Origin: a virus
DNA length: 64,000 nt
Virus record (IMG/VR): IMGVR_UViG_3300020183_000020
Coordinates: 46,138-110,137 of that record
Strand: one strand, 5' to 3'
In this document: positions 36,279-47,888 of the stretch, piece by piece
Numbering within the stretch: position 1 is the stretch's first letter
Layout: each line of letters begins with the position of its first letter
Position numbers and translations under genes: made by a program
The notes under the pieces: model-generated
Seen by the model: only the letters and a program-made list of their open reading frames with translations
Databases searched by the model: none
What the model was told of the DNA's origin: nothing

Positions 36279-39200
36279 ATGCCTAAGAAGTCTATCAATC
36301 AAAACGATGTGGTCATCACCTCAAACAGAGGAACTGATGAAGCCTCTTGGTTAATTGGTCTTTCCACTAACAATACACTATCCGTTAGTGCTAGTGATGT
36401 GTCTAGTTCGGGGGCTTTGGGGGGCTATCTCGGTGGGAATGTCCAAGTTAACTTGGACGATCTTACATCTGCCGCTCTACAGGATCAACCCCCTCGAATA
36501 GGATATCCCCCCATCACATACTCCAACAGGAATGGAGTCATCGCTTCACATGACGGAAGACCCGATTGGGGCGGAGCTAAGATTAACGATAACCCACCTT
36601 GGAAAACTATCCATAAAAAGTGGGCTGAAGAAAGAGAGTTACCCCACAAGGGTGTGGGAGTTAAGCAAAATGATTCAGTTTATGGGGATTTAGCACGAGA
36701 GCAATACAAGTACATAAACGAAGATGGCGTTTATGATGTGGTGGCTTTATCCTATAGAGATGATGGAACGAATAGCTACTATGGAATAACGACACCCACT
36801 ACTCCCGCACTCCCGCAGTTTTCCTCTGGCTTGAACATCGACATTCGACAAGCTGTACCCCGCCGCGTCTATAATCTCGGACTCAATGATAACACCATTT
36901 ATCCATTTTTGCATGGTGGAACAGGTATAGCGGAAACTCAATCAGATATTTTCAACTCGGCTACAGGGTTAAGTATTGGTTTTACAGGAGACTTGGCAAC
37001 AGCGAGCTTGGGCGTAAAGAACTCTTTGGAGCCATCACTTGTTGTAGTCCCCTCCGCTCAAGTTTATGACCCCTTAAAATCTTACGACCTTCTCGATGCT
37101 ACTTCTACGGATAATGGATTGGATAATGTGGGGTTGGTTGTTTCGGGCATCTTATTCCCTGCGGATAGGGGGACATTAGCTTTAATCCGTTTCCCCTCAG
37201 ACGAGGACGGAGTAAGTGGTTCTATCCTCACACCCGCTGCCTCCACTCAAGATGTACTAGACCGCGTGGTGGCAGCAATCAACCTTGGTCAAGGTGTTGG
37301 TTTAAACGATGGACAACCCGGTGGAGCGTTGTTCAATAATCTAAACAATACGGACTTCCCTAGTCGTTTAACAGGGCAGTACGACCTATATGAACTTCAT
37401 ACAGGTAACTACATTCCCCACTCAACCCGATCAGGGGCTATAGGTGGATTGACAGGGGATAAGACCAAAGGTCAGGTCAGACTTCTTTCTGACCCTATGG
37501 CGTTCAACATCAGTTCTTCGACTATCACAGGGGGCTTACCTGTTTTGTTCTCGCCTTATGTGTGGGACACCACATCAGGCACACAGACCTTAAAACAAGA
37601 CAGAAACTTCCTCAGCTATAGACTACCTTTGTTATCCGATTACTCCCCCACAGGGTTAAAAACTCCCCCTGAGGAAAGAGATAGGTTCTATGTTAAGAAC
37701 AGACCCAACAAGGAAGAATATGATGTGGATTATTATCCGACCTTCGACACGGCTGGCGGATATTTGACTTTTGGTGAGGTTGATAACTATAGTTATCAGG
37801 TTGCTCGTTATCGTCATGTGGTGACTTTGATAGAAGATTACATCGACCACCTGACAAACACCACAGGCGTGGAGGGAGAAAGCAACTTTGGTAGCTTTGC
37901 TCTTATCCATTTCAAGACGGAGGCTGCGTTTGAGAGGCTTGTGAGAGATGGTATCGCCCCTTCTGATGAAGAAGTATATAGCAAGAACCTCATCTCTTAC
38001 TCCGACATTAAAAGCAATATCGGTTACTCTCTCGGCACTTCAGGTAATGATGGCTTATTGGATAGTTCAGAGTCGTATGAGAGAAATGCAGGGTTGTCTA
38101 TATTTAGACCAAATGTGAGCTTTGAAAGAAGAGCCTTACCCCCTGTAAAAGTATCCATCTCCCATGAGACAAAGACAAGATCATATCATCCAAGTGTAGC
38201 TGCCGAGACTACGATAGATAAGCTGAATAGCTACTTCATGTTCGTCTCAGGGGTTATTTATACACACCCGACTACCCATAAAGGCTATACAGGACACGCA
38301 GAAACACGAGGCGTGGATGCGGAATTTGTCCTGCCTGAAAGTATCCGTTATAGCAGGATGTCCACAAAGATTGGGGTTTGGCAACAAACCGCAGCTTTCT
38401 TTGGTGGGACTTCTTACTCTTACACCTATTGGGATGGGGCTGAAGAAAACTCAAGTAGTCCTTTTGCTACTATCCGTCCTCTTTCACAAGTGCTGTTATC
38501 CGAGTACACAGCACAAGATAACTTGTACGCTAATAGCTACGAGTATCTAAACTCAGACCCTTTGGCATCTCAGTTTGAGTTCTATCCAAAACATCAGCAA
38601 ATGTGGATAACCTTACAGGGGTTTAATGGTGAACTAGACCCAGCGGGTTATGTGTTCACGGAAGTTTTGCCCACGGGAGATGCCCCACATCCCATAACAG
38701 ATTTGTCTCTTTGGGATAAGAAAGACGGCTTGTGTGTCTTTAGTTCTGTGGGAGGCAGAGCAAGTGTACTTGTCAACAATCCATATCTTCAGCACTCCAA
38801 CTTGGGGGTAGATCGCGTTGCTGACAGCGTTGAGTACTCAAATATAGCCAAAGTGCTTTACCATAGTTCCCGCAAGGTATCGCTTCTTGAGCTGTATGGA
38901 CATCGACTATCCCCACAAGGCACCACAAGTTATTATGAGCCCCCCTCGACAACAGGGATCGACACCATCACAAGTGTCACCTACAGGGAAAACCCCGACT
39001 TTCCTTCTGGGGCATATATTTGGGGAAGCGATGGTGTGGGCATCGTTTATAACGAGTACAATCAAAACTTCAAATATGTCTATTTGTGGATAGATTGGGC
39101 AACTAATCCCACCTACCCATCACCCAAAGCTATGGGTCAATCGTTTGCCATATACCGCTATGACGAAGAAGGATACAAGGTCTACCAAGACTTGGAGTTA

Positions 39201-41870
39201 TTGCCTGTAGGTGGTGATGTAGATAATGGATATGCACTAGAGGCGTGTGCAGGATGGGATTGGGTAGATTCAATGGATGCCGACTTGTCTGTCCCGACAA
39301 GTTCAGCTTTCCGTTACCCTGTTGATCGACCCATTTATAGACCACTAGAGAACTCTAGCTCGGGAAGAACAACGGATAAAACTCACGCAGATGGGCGTTT
39401 CTTAGCTATTAAAGGTGTGACCTATTACATAGAGGTTTTGCCCTCTATCGACACTAGTGCACATACAAACCCTCTCCTTTGGAATGAAGTAACACAAGTG
39501 CTACAGGCGAGAGATGAAACAACCGTCTCAGCAGCGGATGATTTGTGTTTAGGGTTCAGCAATGCTGTATCTACCCCCGCATCTACTTACTACAATCTTT
39601 ACTACAACTACTCGACTGTGCCGTTGACACAAGTGGAGACACTAATATCTGACCCCGCTCCATCAGATCATCCGAGTGCGATACAGGGGGCGATATTGGC
39701 ACTTAGGAAGCTGTTTCTAAATGCAGCTACGGGGTCATTTACATATACTGCCACACCTGTAGCCAACCCGCATCCCTACACCACATCCGTAAATGCAGAT
39801 GGGACGATGAACTACGGATATAGGATAGTGGAGATTGTCCCTTCGGGGAGCAGGCAACTGCCTGAGTATGGAAATCTTACTATGGATACAAGGGGATTCA
39901 TTTCGGTGTGTGGAGTGGGCAATCCACCTACGAATGCAGGAGATGATATCCTCGCGGTGTCTGATCCTTCATACGCGAGAAGGGTGCCTTTGAGGTCTTT
40001 ATTCACCTTGCGTAAAGACACACAAGAGAGGTTCTTAGACGAGTCTTATCGAGTGGAGTCGTTGTTCACCGATATGGAGACTGACTCTTTCAGATATAAC
40101 TCAAACATGGTTGAGAACCTTAGAGGTCCAGGGCTTGCGTTTCCTACAGAGGGAGAGAATATAGCGGGTTATATCGCTTTCCCCGTGAGAGATGATTACT
40201 TTATTACTCCAAGTAATCCGCAGAGTGGAATACAGGTTTCCGAATATCAGGTAGCACCCCACGGAAAAGCGGGTTACCTGCGTAACAGTCTTCACCTTAG
40301 AAGAATAGACTCCAACTTTAGGGAGGCTCAGGTAATGGGCTTCCCTAACAGCACAAGAAATCTCCTGAGCGGGTCAAAATATGGATGCCCCCCTCGTGGG
40401 GTCTTGGTCTATCCATTTAATGACTTTGAAATGGATACTTCTATATTTTTGGGGGAGGATTTGGCGAGCAACACGATGCTCTCTGCAAATAGGGGTTTTC
40501 ATACGCCCAACTCAGAAGGAGCCAATCCGAACGCGGGGGATGGTTGGATAGACGACTTGGTAGCTGAATACCCTATCTTAAGACACGCACAACCGCAGTA
40601 CAACAATGTATCTGCGGGAGACATAACAAGTGTAGATGTGAATTATGTTAGGGCATTTGACGCGAACTTTGGAAAAGACCCTCGTTTAACGCCTCAGCAT
40701 CCCTATTGGAACAAGGATTGGACAGAAGCGACCACAGGTGGTGCCAATATCTATCGTTCATCGACATCTGCACAGAACTATGGGTTGATTGAGCAAAACA
40801 AATGGAACCGCGTGAGCCTTGATGATCAGGGAGTTATCCAATTTGCTCCCTTGAAGTTAAGGTTGGTGGGTGTGGATTGGGATATGATCTCTTATGTTGA
40901 TCCGAACTTCCCTTTACAGCGTAGAGACGGATATGTGCATGAGATAGGTGGAGAGCTATATCTTATGCGTAAGAGAGTAATGAGAGTATTCGTTAAGGTG
41001 CCGGGTCTAACCACTTGGCTAGATGCGGGCGTAGTGGATGGGACAGAAGGGGAGAGTTATCTTCATTATGATGCGAATGCGTCTTTGATAGGAGGTCGCG
41101 ACCCTAATGGATCAACAAATGAGAAGTCTCACCCAACCACAGACGGAGCAGGTTGTTGTGTTAGATATGAGGAAAAATATCTTCCTGAAGAAGGTGTGGT
41201 GTGTCTAGATTTAGATTTGAATGTTGGGTTCATACCTGCCTTTAACAATAGGTCTATCACCACACAAGACACCTATTTAGGCATCAGCACATCTATTGAT
41301 CTAAGATACGACAACACTCTTTCGGATAGTTTGTTTGAGTTAGAACCTGCACAAGATGGATACCTAGTGGAATCTAAGAGAGGGAGCAACAATGAAGCTC
41401 CAATCCTAGTAAAGGTTATCCTTTCTGACCCTGAGTATCCAAAATACGAGGTGAATGGAGGTGGAGACTTATTAGGTTTAGGTGGGTTTACGACTTATCC
41501 CGTGGGGGATTTGGGTGTTACAATCAAGGATATCAAGCCAGCCCCGAATAAGAGTTATATTGGTCATTCGTACCCTGCGGACGACAGAAGTCCGACATGG
41601 ACGAGAAGGGGTCTTATGGGGATAGAAGTTTTACGACCTGATGGTTCTAACTATGATTACGATCAAGCCATAGCTAGACCTGACTTTTGTGGTTTGAACC
41701 TTCATGAAGATGTGGGTTTGCACTATTGGAAACAATCGGGTGCAGATGTTTATGAATGGTATCAGCCCACACTATCCAATATGACGAATAAGATAATCTA
41801 TTCTCATGAGGTGGATGCGGCAACGCGGGTGGGGAACTTGAGTTCATTGACCAATAAGGGAGAGGGTTAA
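36279..41870 (+). CDS. Very large virion structural protein
   Basis: Start probably MPKKS at 36279 (GGGAG RBS); inside the tail operon; shares an internal segment with 24236..31597. Confidence 0.7.
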   Translation: MPKKSINQNDVVITSNRGTDEASWLIGLSTNNTLSVSASDVSSSGALGGYLGGNVQVNLDDLTSAALQDQPPRIGYPPITYSNRNGVIASHDGRPDWGGAKINDNPPWKTIHKKWAEERELPHKGVGVKQNDSVYGDLAREQYKYINEDGVYDVVALSYRDDGTNSYYGITTPTTPALPQFSSGLNIDIRQAVPRRVYNLGLNDNTIYPFLHGGTGIAETQSDIFNSATGLSIGFTGDLATASLGVKNSLEPSLVVVPSAQVYDPLKSYDLLDATSTDNGLDNVGLVVSGILFPADRGTLALIRFPSDEDGVSGSILTPAASTQDVLDRVVAAINLGQGVGLNDGQPGGALFNNLNNTDFPSRLTGQYDLYELHTGNYIPHSTRSGAIGGLTGDKTKGQVRLLSDPMAFNISSSTITGGLPVLFSPYVWDTTSGTQTLKQDRNFLSYRLPLLSDYSPTGLKTPPEERDRFYVKNRPNKEEYDVDYYPTFDTAGGYLTFGEVDNYSYQVARYRHVVTLIEDYIDHLTNTTGVEGESNFGSFALIHFKTEAAFERLVRDGIAPSDEEVYSKNLISYSDIKSNIGYSLGTSGNDGLLDSSESYERNAGLSIFRPNVSFERRALPPVKVSISHETKTRSYHPSVAAETTIDKLNSYFMFVSGVIYTHPTTHKGYTGHAETRGVDAEFVLPESIRYSRMSTKIGVWQQTAAFFGGTSYSYTYWDGAEENSSSPFATIRPLSQVLLSEYTAQDNLYANSYEYLNSDPLASQFEFYPKHQQMWITLQGFNGELDPAGYVFTEVLPTGDAPHPITDLSLWDKKDGLCVFSSVGGRASVLVNNPYLQHSNLGVDRVADSVEYSNIAKVLYHSSRKVSLLELYGHRLSPQGTTSYYEPPSTTGIDTITSVTYRENPDFPSGAYIWGSDGVGIVYNEYNQNFKYVYLWIDWATNPTYPSPKAMGQSFAIYRYDEEGYKVYQDLELLPVGGDVDNGYALEACAGWDWVDSMDADLSVPTSSAFRYPVDRPIYRPLENSSSGRTTDKTHADGRFLAIKGVTYYIEVLPSIDTSAHTNPLLWNEVTQVLQARDETTVSAADDLCLGFSNAVSTPASTYYNLYYNYSTVPLTQVETLISDPAPSDHPSAIQGAILALRKLFLNAATGSFTYTATPVANPHPYTTSVNADGTMNYGYRIVEIVPSGSRQLPEYGNLTMDTRGFISVCGVGNPPTNAGDDILAVSDPSYARRVPLRSLFTLRKDTQERFLDESYRVESLFTDMETDSFRYNSNMVENLRGPGLAFPTEGENIAGYIAFPVRDDYFITPSNPQSGIQVSEYQVAPHGKAGYLRNSLHLRRIDSNFREAQVMGFPNSTRNLLSGSKYGCPPRGVLVYPFNDFEMDTSIFLGEDLASNTMLSANRGFHTPNSEGANPNAGDGWIDDLVAEYPILRHAQPQYNNVSAGDITSVDVNYVRAFDANFGKDPRLTPQHPYWNKDWTEATTGGANIYRSSTSAQNYGLIEQNKWNRVSLDDQGVIQFAPLKLRLVGVDWDMISYVDPNFPLQRRDGYVHEIGGELYLMRKRVMRVFVKVPGLTTWLDAGVVDGTEGESYLHYDANASLIGGRDPNGSTNEKSHPTTDGAGCCVRYEEKYLPEEGVVCLDLDLNVGFIPAFNNRSITTQDTYLGISTSIDLRYDNTLSDSLFELEPAQDGYLVESKRGSNNEAPILVKVILSDPEYPKYEVNGGGDLLGLGGFTTYPVGDLGVTIKDIKPAPNKSYIGHSYPADDRSPTWTRRGLMGIEVLRPDGSNYDYDQAIARPDFCGLNLHEDVGLHYWKQSGADVYEWYQPTLSNMTNKIIYSHEVDAATRVGNLSSLTNKGEG

Positions 41871-41872
41871 CC

Positions 41873-42670
41873 ATGCCAGCCATTTTTGAACGCTCTACGG
41901 ATAAACTTATCCAAGTGATCCCTAATTACCCTGCCTCATTAGAGATGGCGGGTAAGTATGTGGTTGATTATCCCGATTATTTCAGTTTGGACATAGACGA
42001 ACTGAGCGTCACGCCAGGTGACGAAGCGACAATCAAGGCGGCAATACTATCTGCCAAGGATAGTCTTTATGAGACATCTTTTGCGACCTATGACAACATC
42101 CTTACGAACAATCTCATGGGTTTATCCGATATTGCTCCTTCTGCCCCCTTGAGTTTTGATTCAGCAGCGTTATTCCCTTGGGCGGCAACGGGAGAATTTT
42201 TAAGCCAAGGCATAAAGACATCCGACACAGCTAATGGATTTGCTGTAATGGGGAGATACCCAAGCGTAAACCACATAGGTGGTGGTGTGGTTACTAATGA
42301 CGATACGCTAACAGGGGCGAAGTGCGTAATCACTAAAGAAATAGACATCACGGCATACACATCTGATGGATTGGGACGATCAGAGTTTATGGTTTATTTC
42401 AGAAGTGCGTTGAAGTCTTATGTGAAAGATATTTCTTACTTAGAGGGGGTAAATAGTTCTCAGCGAGGGGGTTTGTTTTACACACAATCGGACAAGAGTT
42501 CACCAAATAGGCTTAGACTATTTATTTCAGCCGACAATGGACTCAGCTATCAGGAAATGGATAGTTTAAGTTCTTTTGTCTTTCCCGTGAGGAAGGACGC
42601 GATCAGATTAGCGTTTGTGAACTTCACGAACGCAGATATCCACCTACTCTCTTTCACCTTGATGTTCTGA
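41873..42670 (+). CDS. Virion structural protein, hypothetical
   Basis: Operon context; 'FISADNGLSYQE' Asp-box-like turn. Confidence 0.65.
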   Translation: MPAIFERSTDKLIQVIPNYPASLEMAGKYVVDYPDYFSLDIDELSVTPGDEATIKAAILSAKDSLYETSFATYDNILTNNLMGLSDIAPSAPLSFDSAALFPWAATGEFLSQGIKTSDTANGFAVMGRYPSVNHIGGGVVTNDDTLTGAKCVITKEIDITAYTSDGLGRSEFMVYFRSALKSYVKDISYLEGVNSSQRGGLFYTQSDKSSPNRLRLFISADNGLSYQEMDSLSSFVFPVRKDAIRLAFVNFTNADIHLLSFTLMF

Positions 42671-42683
42671 AAGGGCAGATAAC

Positions 42684-45600
42684 ATGGCGAATGACAATTA
42701 TGGGACAAGTGTAAGTAGAACTCTCAGCACGGACAATACTCGGTTTGCAAATGTTGTTTGGCAAGCGGGTAAGCCCCCTTTGGACAGCGAGTTGAATCTC
42801 GTGGGTCAGCTTGCATGGGAGAATCAATCGGATTTGGTTAGGTCTTTAACACACAGCGGGTTCTTACTTGATCCCCGAGATAATCTACAGGATTTCGTCT
42901 TTAATCCATTGTGGTCAAACTACTTTGAATTTGGATCAGAAGATCGCATTCCTCCATCAGCACTTGTGAATGGTTGGGTCTTACCCCTCGCAGGTAGTGA
43001 TACGGATACTGATGTCTTACCACTATCCATTAAGTTACCACCCCCACCTACAACGGGTACACGGACAGACTTTGTGTTCCTAGAGGTTTGGAAAGTGGTT
43101 CTCCCCACAGGAGCGGCTAGCATCATTAAGCCCGCTAATGGATACATTTATGATCGTGGAAATGTGGTGAATGGGAAGTCATTAGAAGATGAACTTGTTG
43201 ACCCTGAAGTTGGCTTTGAAACGACCAAAAGGGTTCAGGTGCAGTATCGACTTCGGGTGGAAGCTGGCGTTGATCTCACTTCTTATGTGGAGGGATTTTA
43301 TCCAAGCATCCTTGCACAGGGACCAACATCCGCAGCGGCAGGAGGAGCCTTCACTAATGACACTTCGGATAAGGGTTTGTGGAGAGCCACACATGGGGAT
43401 ACGGCAGATGGGTATGTTTATGCCCTGCCCATAGGAGCGGTCTTCAGAAGAAACTCATCCGCATACATCATGAAAGACCCTACAGGGGGAAATCAAAACG
43501 GAGCTATCAATAGAAAGCCCTCCGCTTCAAGCGTCAATGATGCAGGGATACTCACACAAGCTACGCTCACCAACAACATCACAGCTTCATTTACAGGAAG
43601 CATCAGCATATCCAATCTGACCAACTCAGGGATAGACGATGCCGATTTTATGGATATCTCTCCAAGATTGTTGATCCTTGGCGAGGGTTTAGAGACTGAG
43701 GTGGTCTCTATAACTTCGGTAGGTGCAGGTGTCGTAAACCTTTCCGAAAGAGGACGAGCGGGAACACAGCCTAAAAGACACATCGCAGGTACAAAAGTAT
43801 CCATTTACAATGGGCGACCTGATGGGAAATATGCGGACGAAGTTCATGCACAAGACTTCTTGGATATGAGACACGCTGTGCGTGTGGGGGAATGGGACTA
43901 TCAGTCTTTGTTGGTAGGTGCAGTATCCGATCTAATCGGGAATAAACTGCGGACAACTCAAAAGCAAAACTCCTTGGGTTCAGACAGCAGGGGTGTGGTT
44001 GTAGAAGAAGTAAGCCTTCTTCATCACACAGCCGTCAATAACACACACAAACTCGATGCCCCTAATGGTATCCGTAATGTATGGTCAGATACCGCTGTTC
44101 CCCAATATGGAATCACACTTTATTTAGACCCCTCTGTATCTACAGATGCTCGGGGCTTAACTACTGCAACTCTCGACTCAACAGAGGCGGGCTTTTGGGA
44201 AATAGGTGCGGATTTACAGCCTAACGCATTTTTGTACCCTGCGGGATTAAATAAGGGTTCCGCTATTTTCCTTTCTCTCGATGCTTCGGTAGGCAATCTT
44301 GGATATGGTGTAAAAGGCAGTACTCCTAATAAGAGAGGTGTAAGGCTTTTATCTCCTAAGGAAAATGCCTACGAAAACCGCTTTTACAATACTGCTCCCC
44401 CCGTGAAAATCGAACTTCAAGGGGATGAAACCGAATACTATCCTAAGTCAACAGGGCAGTATGAGACACCTTTCATGGTGTTAGGTGATTTACTAAGCTC
44501 TATAGACTTCTCTGCGGATACCACGAATAACATAAAAACCCTTTACCTATCCGAGGTGTCTTACTCCTCTGCGAGCGTGACAGCATTGGGAACCTTTGAG
44601 AATGAGGTAAAGGTTTACGCCTTTAAGACAGGAACCACATACAACTCGGCATGGGCTAACACATCCATTTACGCTGGGGAAACCACCTATGAGACACTTA
44701 TCCTTAATGGTGGGGAAGACCTATCAGGAAGGTCTTCTGAACTTTATGCCCTGATTTATGGAGACCCAGCTAATCCCGATAACAATGGATTGTTTAGGGT
44801 TATCTCAGCGGGTGTTGTAAATAAGAGCGTCTTTTACGAAAACACCACAGGTACAGAATGGACACCTGCGAACAGGGAACAATGGATTGTTTGTTTGCCT
44901 GTCGGGGATAACACTAACCCCACACCCGTAAATAACCCGAGCGTTTCCTTATCTTTTGAGTTAAGAACGGAATACCTTCGGGATACGGATAGTTCTGCTG
45001 TGGTGGCGATTACATCGAGTGATCTAGCCACGGCGGATTCGTTCTATTTAAGCCTCTCTGTGCAATACCCCGCAGGATTAGGCGGGACAGCAAATGTGGC
45101 TGATGATATTCACTATATTGGGGTACAGCCTTCAGATACGACCACATTCTTGAGAAATGCGGTTTCCGCCCTCGACCCCTCTCCCGGTCAAGTCCCCTCT
45201 CTGAACCTAGACGAGATAACCCTTCCGAGTAAAAACCACCTTAGCCTTTGGAATAGACTTGGGAGCAAGGGTTGGGGCAGTAGATCGGATAGTTCTAGTT
45301 TAGGATTAAGTTATGGTGGCGTGGTGGTGAACAATGAGACGGATAGAGAGGCGGAGGCGTTTTATGATAGCGGGAGCAAGACAATCTTGCTCCAAGCCTA
45401 TCAGAAGAAGAATGTCATCCTGCACACGAAACAAGCCGCATCAGCCGTTATCCCCCTTGTTTATTTAGACAGCACACCCACCGATGATGCGGGCATTTTT
45501 GAAACCACACATCGTGGTGTATTCGTTTTGCCCCAAACGATCATGCCTAGATTTGGCAGACAAGATATCCCACTACACACCTATTTGGGTTCAGGGGATT

Positions 45601-47867
45601 CGTTCTTAAATGGATTAAACCACTTATTCACAGATGTGAGCGGAAACTCTGATGCCGTCTTTAATCTAATTGGCGGCAGGGATAACCATGGGACAGCTAA
45701 TGTTTATCCTATGCTGTTTGATACCGCAGGGACATCTTATGGGACATATGACTCGTCTCTCTCATCGGGTGCGTTTACCTTAACAGCTCGCAAGGTGAGT
45801 TTATCCGTACCCACTAGCGATTTCGGTGCGGTCTTGAACGGGATTGAACTCCCTCCGTTTTTGGGCATAGCTCGCGTCTATGGTGTTTACGAAAGAAGTA
45901 ACTACGATGCCTATCTCGCACAAGCAGGTGGACACGACTCAACAAGGATAAACCCCGTTGTAGCCATTACTAATGGATCGGTCGTGAACCTTCTGAGAAC
46001 GGATACTTCAGACTTCACAATGTATATCAGACAAGGCGGGGCTGATGTTGATATAGGTCAAACAGGCTGCCATACTTATGTCTTAACTGAACACGCTCTC
46101 GACATCACACGCATCCCCACTTGGACAACAGGGAATGGGTTTGACAACTTTGAGTACATCGTAGAGGCAGTTGTTTTCGGATTCGCTCAGAACTTCATCA
46201 ATCAAAATCGCTTTGTGATGATGAGAAACCACAACGGACTAGGAACTACCTTAAGCGGAACGGATAACATAACAGCAAGGGTTGGGGCTTGCATCCCCTT
46301 TGCTTTACCCGTTGGTGCCGAGGTGGGGATAGCTTACAGCCGTACTCCGTATCAGGGAAATGTTTACCACACCCAAACAGGTATTGGATTAAACGATGAC
46401 GATCAGGTTGTTCCTTATGGGAGACTTGATCGAGATGATGCCTATACCTTCAGCGGGTCTAGACTTCAGGACACCAACACCGTTGAAAATATCAATCTAG
46501 CCAATCCAAAAAATCTTCAGGTATTGGCTTCTATGGACTTCTACACAACCCTAGGTACAGGCGGAATCGGAGGCAACTTCTATCCGTCAACCTTACAAGA
46601 CTCAGGATACTCCTCAGGAAGCAGGATGCCAACAGCGGCAGGTGAACTGCACCCTCAAACGACAAATGGTGTGTTTAACGAAGCCACACAAGGCACCAAA
46701 GGTTTCGTTTCCCTGTTCTTATTTACTAACGCCCACCCCCGCTATAATAATGCCACAGCTGGTCTTGTCATAACCCTAACGGATACAAAGCTAGGCGTTA
46801 CAAATACAGTCGAGTACAACACGCTAGGTGTTACTAATTTATCCGATGCCGTGGGACTTATTCAGAAGCAGTTGGTTTTATTTGAACCCTCTTACAAGAC
46901 TTATGTAATCACGGGTTTCCCTGAGGCGACTGATACTAAATCTTACATCTGTCTTTTAATCGAGGCTCCCACTACGGATAAAACGCATGAGATAAGCGTG
47001 AACTTAACGATTGATGGAAAGACATCTCCGTATGTTGGACAAGATTTCCAACTCTTTGAGGGTGCTAGAGAGAAGCCCTTAACGATGTTGTTTAACTCAT
47101 ATGTGGAAGGACGCTTACCAAGCGTATTGAGAACAAAGACGAAGGCGAGTTTTGTAGAATCCGTAGCAAGGGTGAATAATGCAGGTGAAGGGAACACACC
47201 GCTTTCACTTGTCGGCTTAACGAGTCGATTGCCCTTAGGTGTCTTGGTGAGAGACTTTGACTTTCTGTGTGAGGATATCCTAAATGATGGTTCTAGCTAT
47301 TTGGGATCAAACATAGGTCAAGTAAGTACAAGAGCCTTATCCATTCCTGTAGACGCTTTTGGTCAGCCTTATACGCAGGTGGCGGGGGTGGTAGGTGATA
47401 CCCTTCAGCTTTGTGATGGGGATAGACTGCAATACACGAAATGGAATGGACTGAGCGGCAGTAAAAACTATCTGATAGCGAGGGGTGGGGGAAGTGTATT
47501 TGGTGTGAGTGGGGAATCCGCAGGTGGTCCACTCACCTTCCTCGCATCATCTTTTGGAGAATCTGAAATGCCCGTCTTAAAGGGTTCTGTTTTGGCAGGA
47601 CGGGCTATGTTGGTTAAGAACTCTGAAGAGGTCAGTCCTGTCTCAGGTGGTCTCGTGTCTAGGGGTGACGAGATACAACTTTTGATAGTCACCTATTGTG
47701 TAGACCCCACAGGCGGAGCCCTTAGTCTTGGTGGTGAAGTGTCTCCCTCGGGCTATGGAGAAGGCTACGCGGCGGCTGATAGATTTAGAATAAGAGGATT
47801 GCCCTTAATCAAGTCTTATAATGACAGCATCCAAAGTGGAGTTAGACCTGCACCTTATAACCCCTAA
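42684..47867 (+). CDS. Very large tail/baseplate structural protein
   Basis: 'QAGKPPLDSELN','RTDFVFLEVW','RVQVQYRLRV','DGYVYALP...RRN','RPDGKYADEV'. Confidence 0.7.
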   Translation: MANDNYGTSVSRTLSTDNTRFANVVWQAGKPPLDSELNLVGQLAWENQSDLVRSLTHSGFLLDPRDNLQDFVFNPLWSNYFEFGSEDRIPPSALVNGWVLPLAGSDTDTDVLPLSIKLPPPPTTGTRTDFVFLEVWKVVLPTGAASIIKPANGYIYDRGNVVNGKSLEDELVDPEVGFETTKRVQVQYRLRVEAGVDLTSYVEGFYPSILAQGPTSAAAGGAFTNDTSDKGLWRATHGDTADGYVYALPIGAVFRRNSSAYIMKDPTGGNQNGAINRKPSASSVNDAGILTQATLTNNITASFTGSISISNLTNSGIDDADFMDISPRLLILGEGLETEVVSITSVGAGVVNLSERGRAGTQPKRHIAGTKVSIYNGRPDGKYADEVHAQDFLDMRHAVRVGEWDYQSLLVGAVSDLIGNKLRTTQKQNSLGSDSRGVVVEEVSLLHHTAVNNTHKLDAPNGIRNVWSDTAVPQYGITLYLDPSVSTDARGLTTATLDSTEAGFWEIGADLQPNAFLYPAGLNKGSAIFLSLDASVGNLGYGVKGSTPNKRGVRLLSPKENAYENRFYNTAPPVKIELQGDETEYYPKSTGQYETPFMVLGDLLSSIDFSADTTNNIKTLYLSEVSYSSASVTALGTFENEVKVYAFKTGTTYNSAWANTSIYAGETTYETLILNGGEDLSGRSSELYALIYGDPANPDNNGLFRVISAGVVNKSVFYENTTGTEWTPANREQWIVCLPVGDNTNPTPVNNPSVSLSFELRTEYLRDTDSSAVVAITSSDLATADSFYLSLSVQYPAGLGGTANVADDIHYIGVQPSDTTTFLRNAVSALDPSPGQVPSLNLDEITLPSKNHLSLWNRLGSKGWGSRSDSSSLGLSYGGVVVNNETDREAEAFYDSGSKTILLQAYQKKNVILHTKQAASAVIPLVYLDSTPTDDAGIFETTHRGVFVLPQTIMPRFGRQDIPLHTYLGSGDSFLNGLNHLFTDVSGNSDAVFNLIGGRDNHGTANVYPMLFDTAGTSYGTYDSSLSSGAFTLTARKVSLSVPTSDFGAVLNGIELPPFLGIARVYGVYERSNYDAYLAQAGGHDSTRINPVVAITNGSVVNLLRTDTSDFTMYIRQGGADVDIGQTGCHTYVLTEHALDITRIPTWTTGNGFDNFEYIVEAVVFGFAQNFINQNRFVMMRNHNGLGTTLSGTDNITARVGACIPFALPVGAEVGIAYSRTPYQGNVYHTQTGIGLNDDDQVVPYGRLDRDDAYTFSGSRLQDTNTVENINLANPKNLQVLASMDFYTTLGTGGIGGNFYPSTLQDSGYSSGSRMPTAAGELHPQTTNGVFNEATQGTKGFVSLFLFTNAHPRYNNATAGLVITLTDTKLGVTNTVEYNTLGVTNLSDAVGLIQKQLVLFEPSYKTYVITGFPEATDTKSYICLLIEAPTTDKTHEISVNLTIDGKTSPYVGQDFQLFEGAREKPLTMLFNSYVEGRLPSVLRTKTKASFVESVARVNNAGEGNTPLSLVGLTSRLPLGVLVRDFDFLCEDILNDGSSYLGSNIGQVSTRALSIPVDAFGQPYTQVAGVVGDTLQLCDGDRLQYTKWNGLSGSKNYLIARGGGSVFGVSGESAGGPLTFLASSFGESEMPVLKGSVLAGRAMLVKNSEEVSPVSGGLVSRGDEIQLLIVTYCVDPTGGALSLGGEVSPSGYGEGYAAADRFRIRGLPLIKSYNDSIQSGVRPAPYNP

Positions 47868-47888
47868 AGATTCTCCACCAAAGGCATT

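Noticed and set aside
20250-47692. Many short antisense or out-of-frame ORFs within the tail genes
   Set aside because: Fully nested in long structural ORFs with no recognisable motifs.
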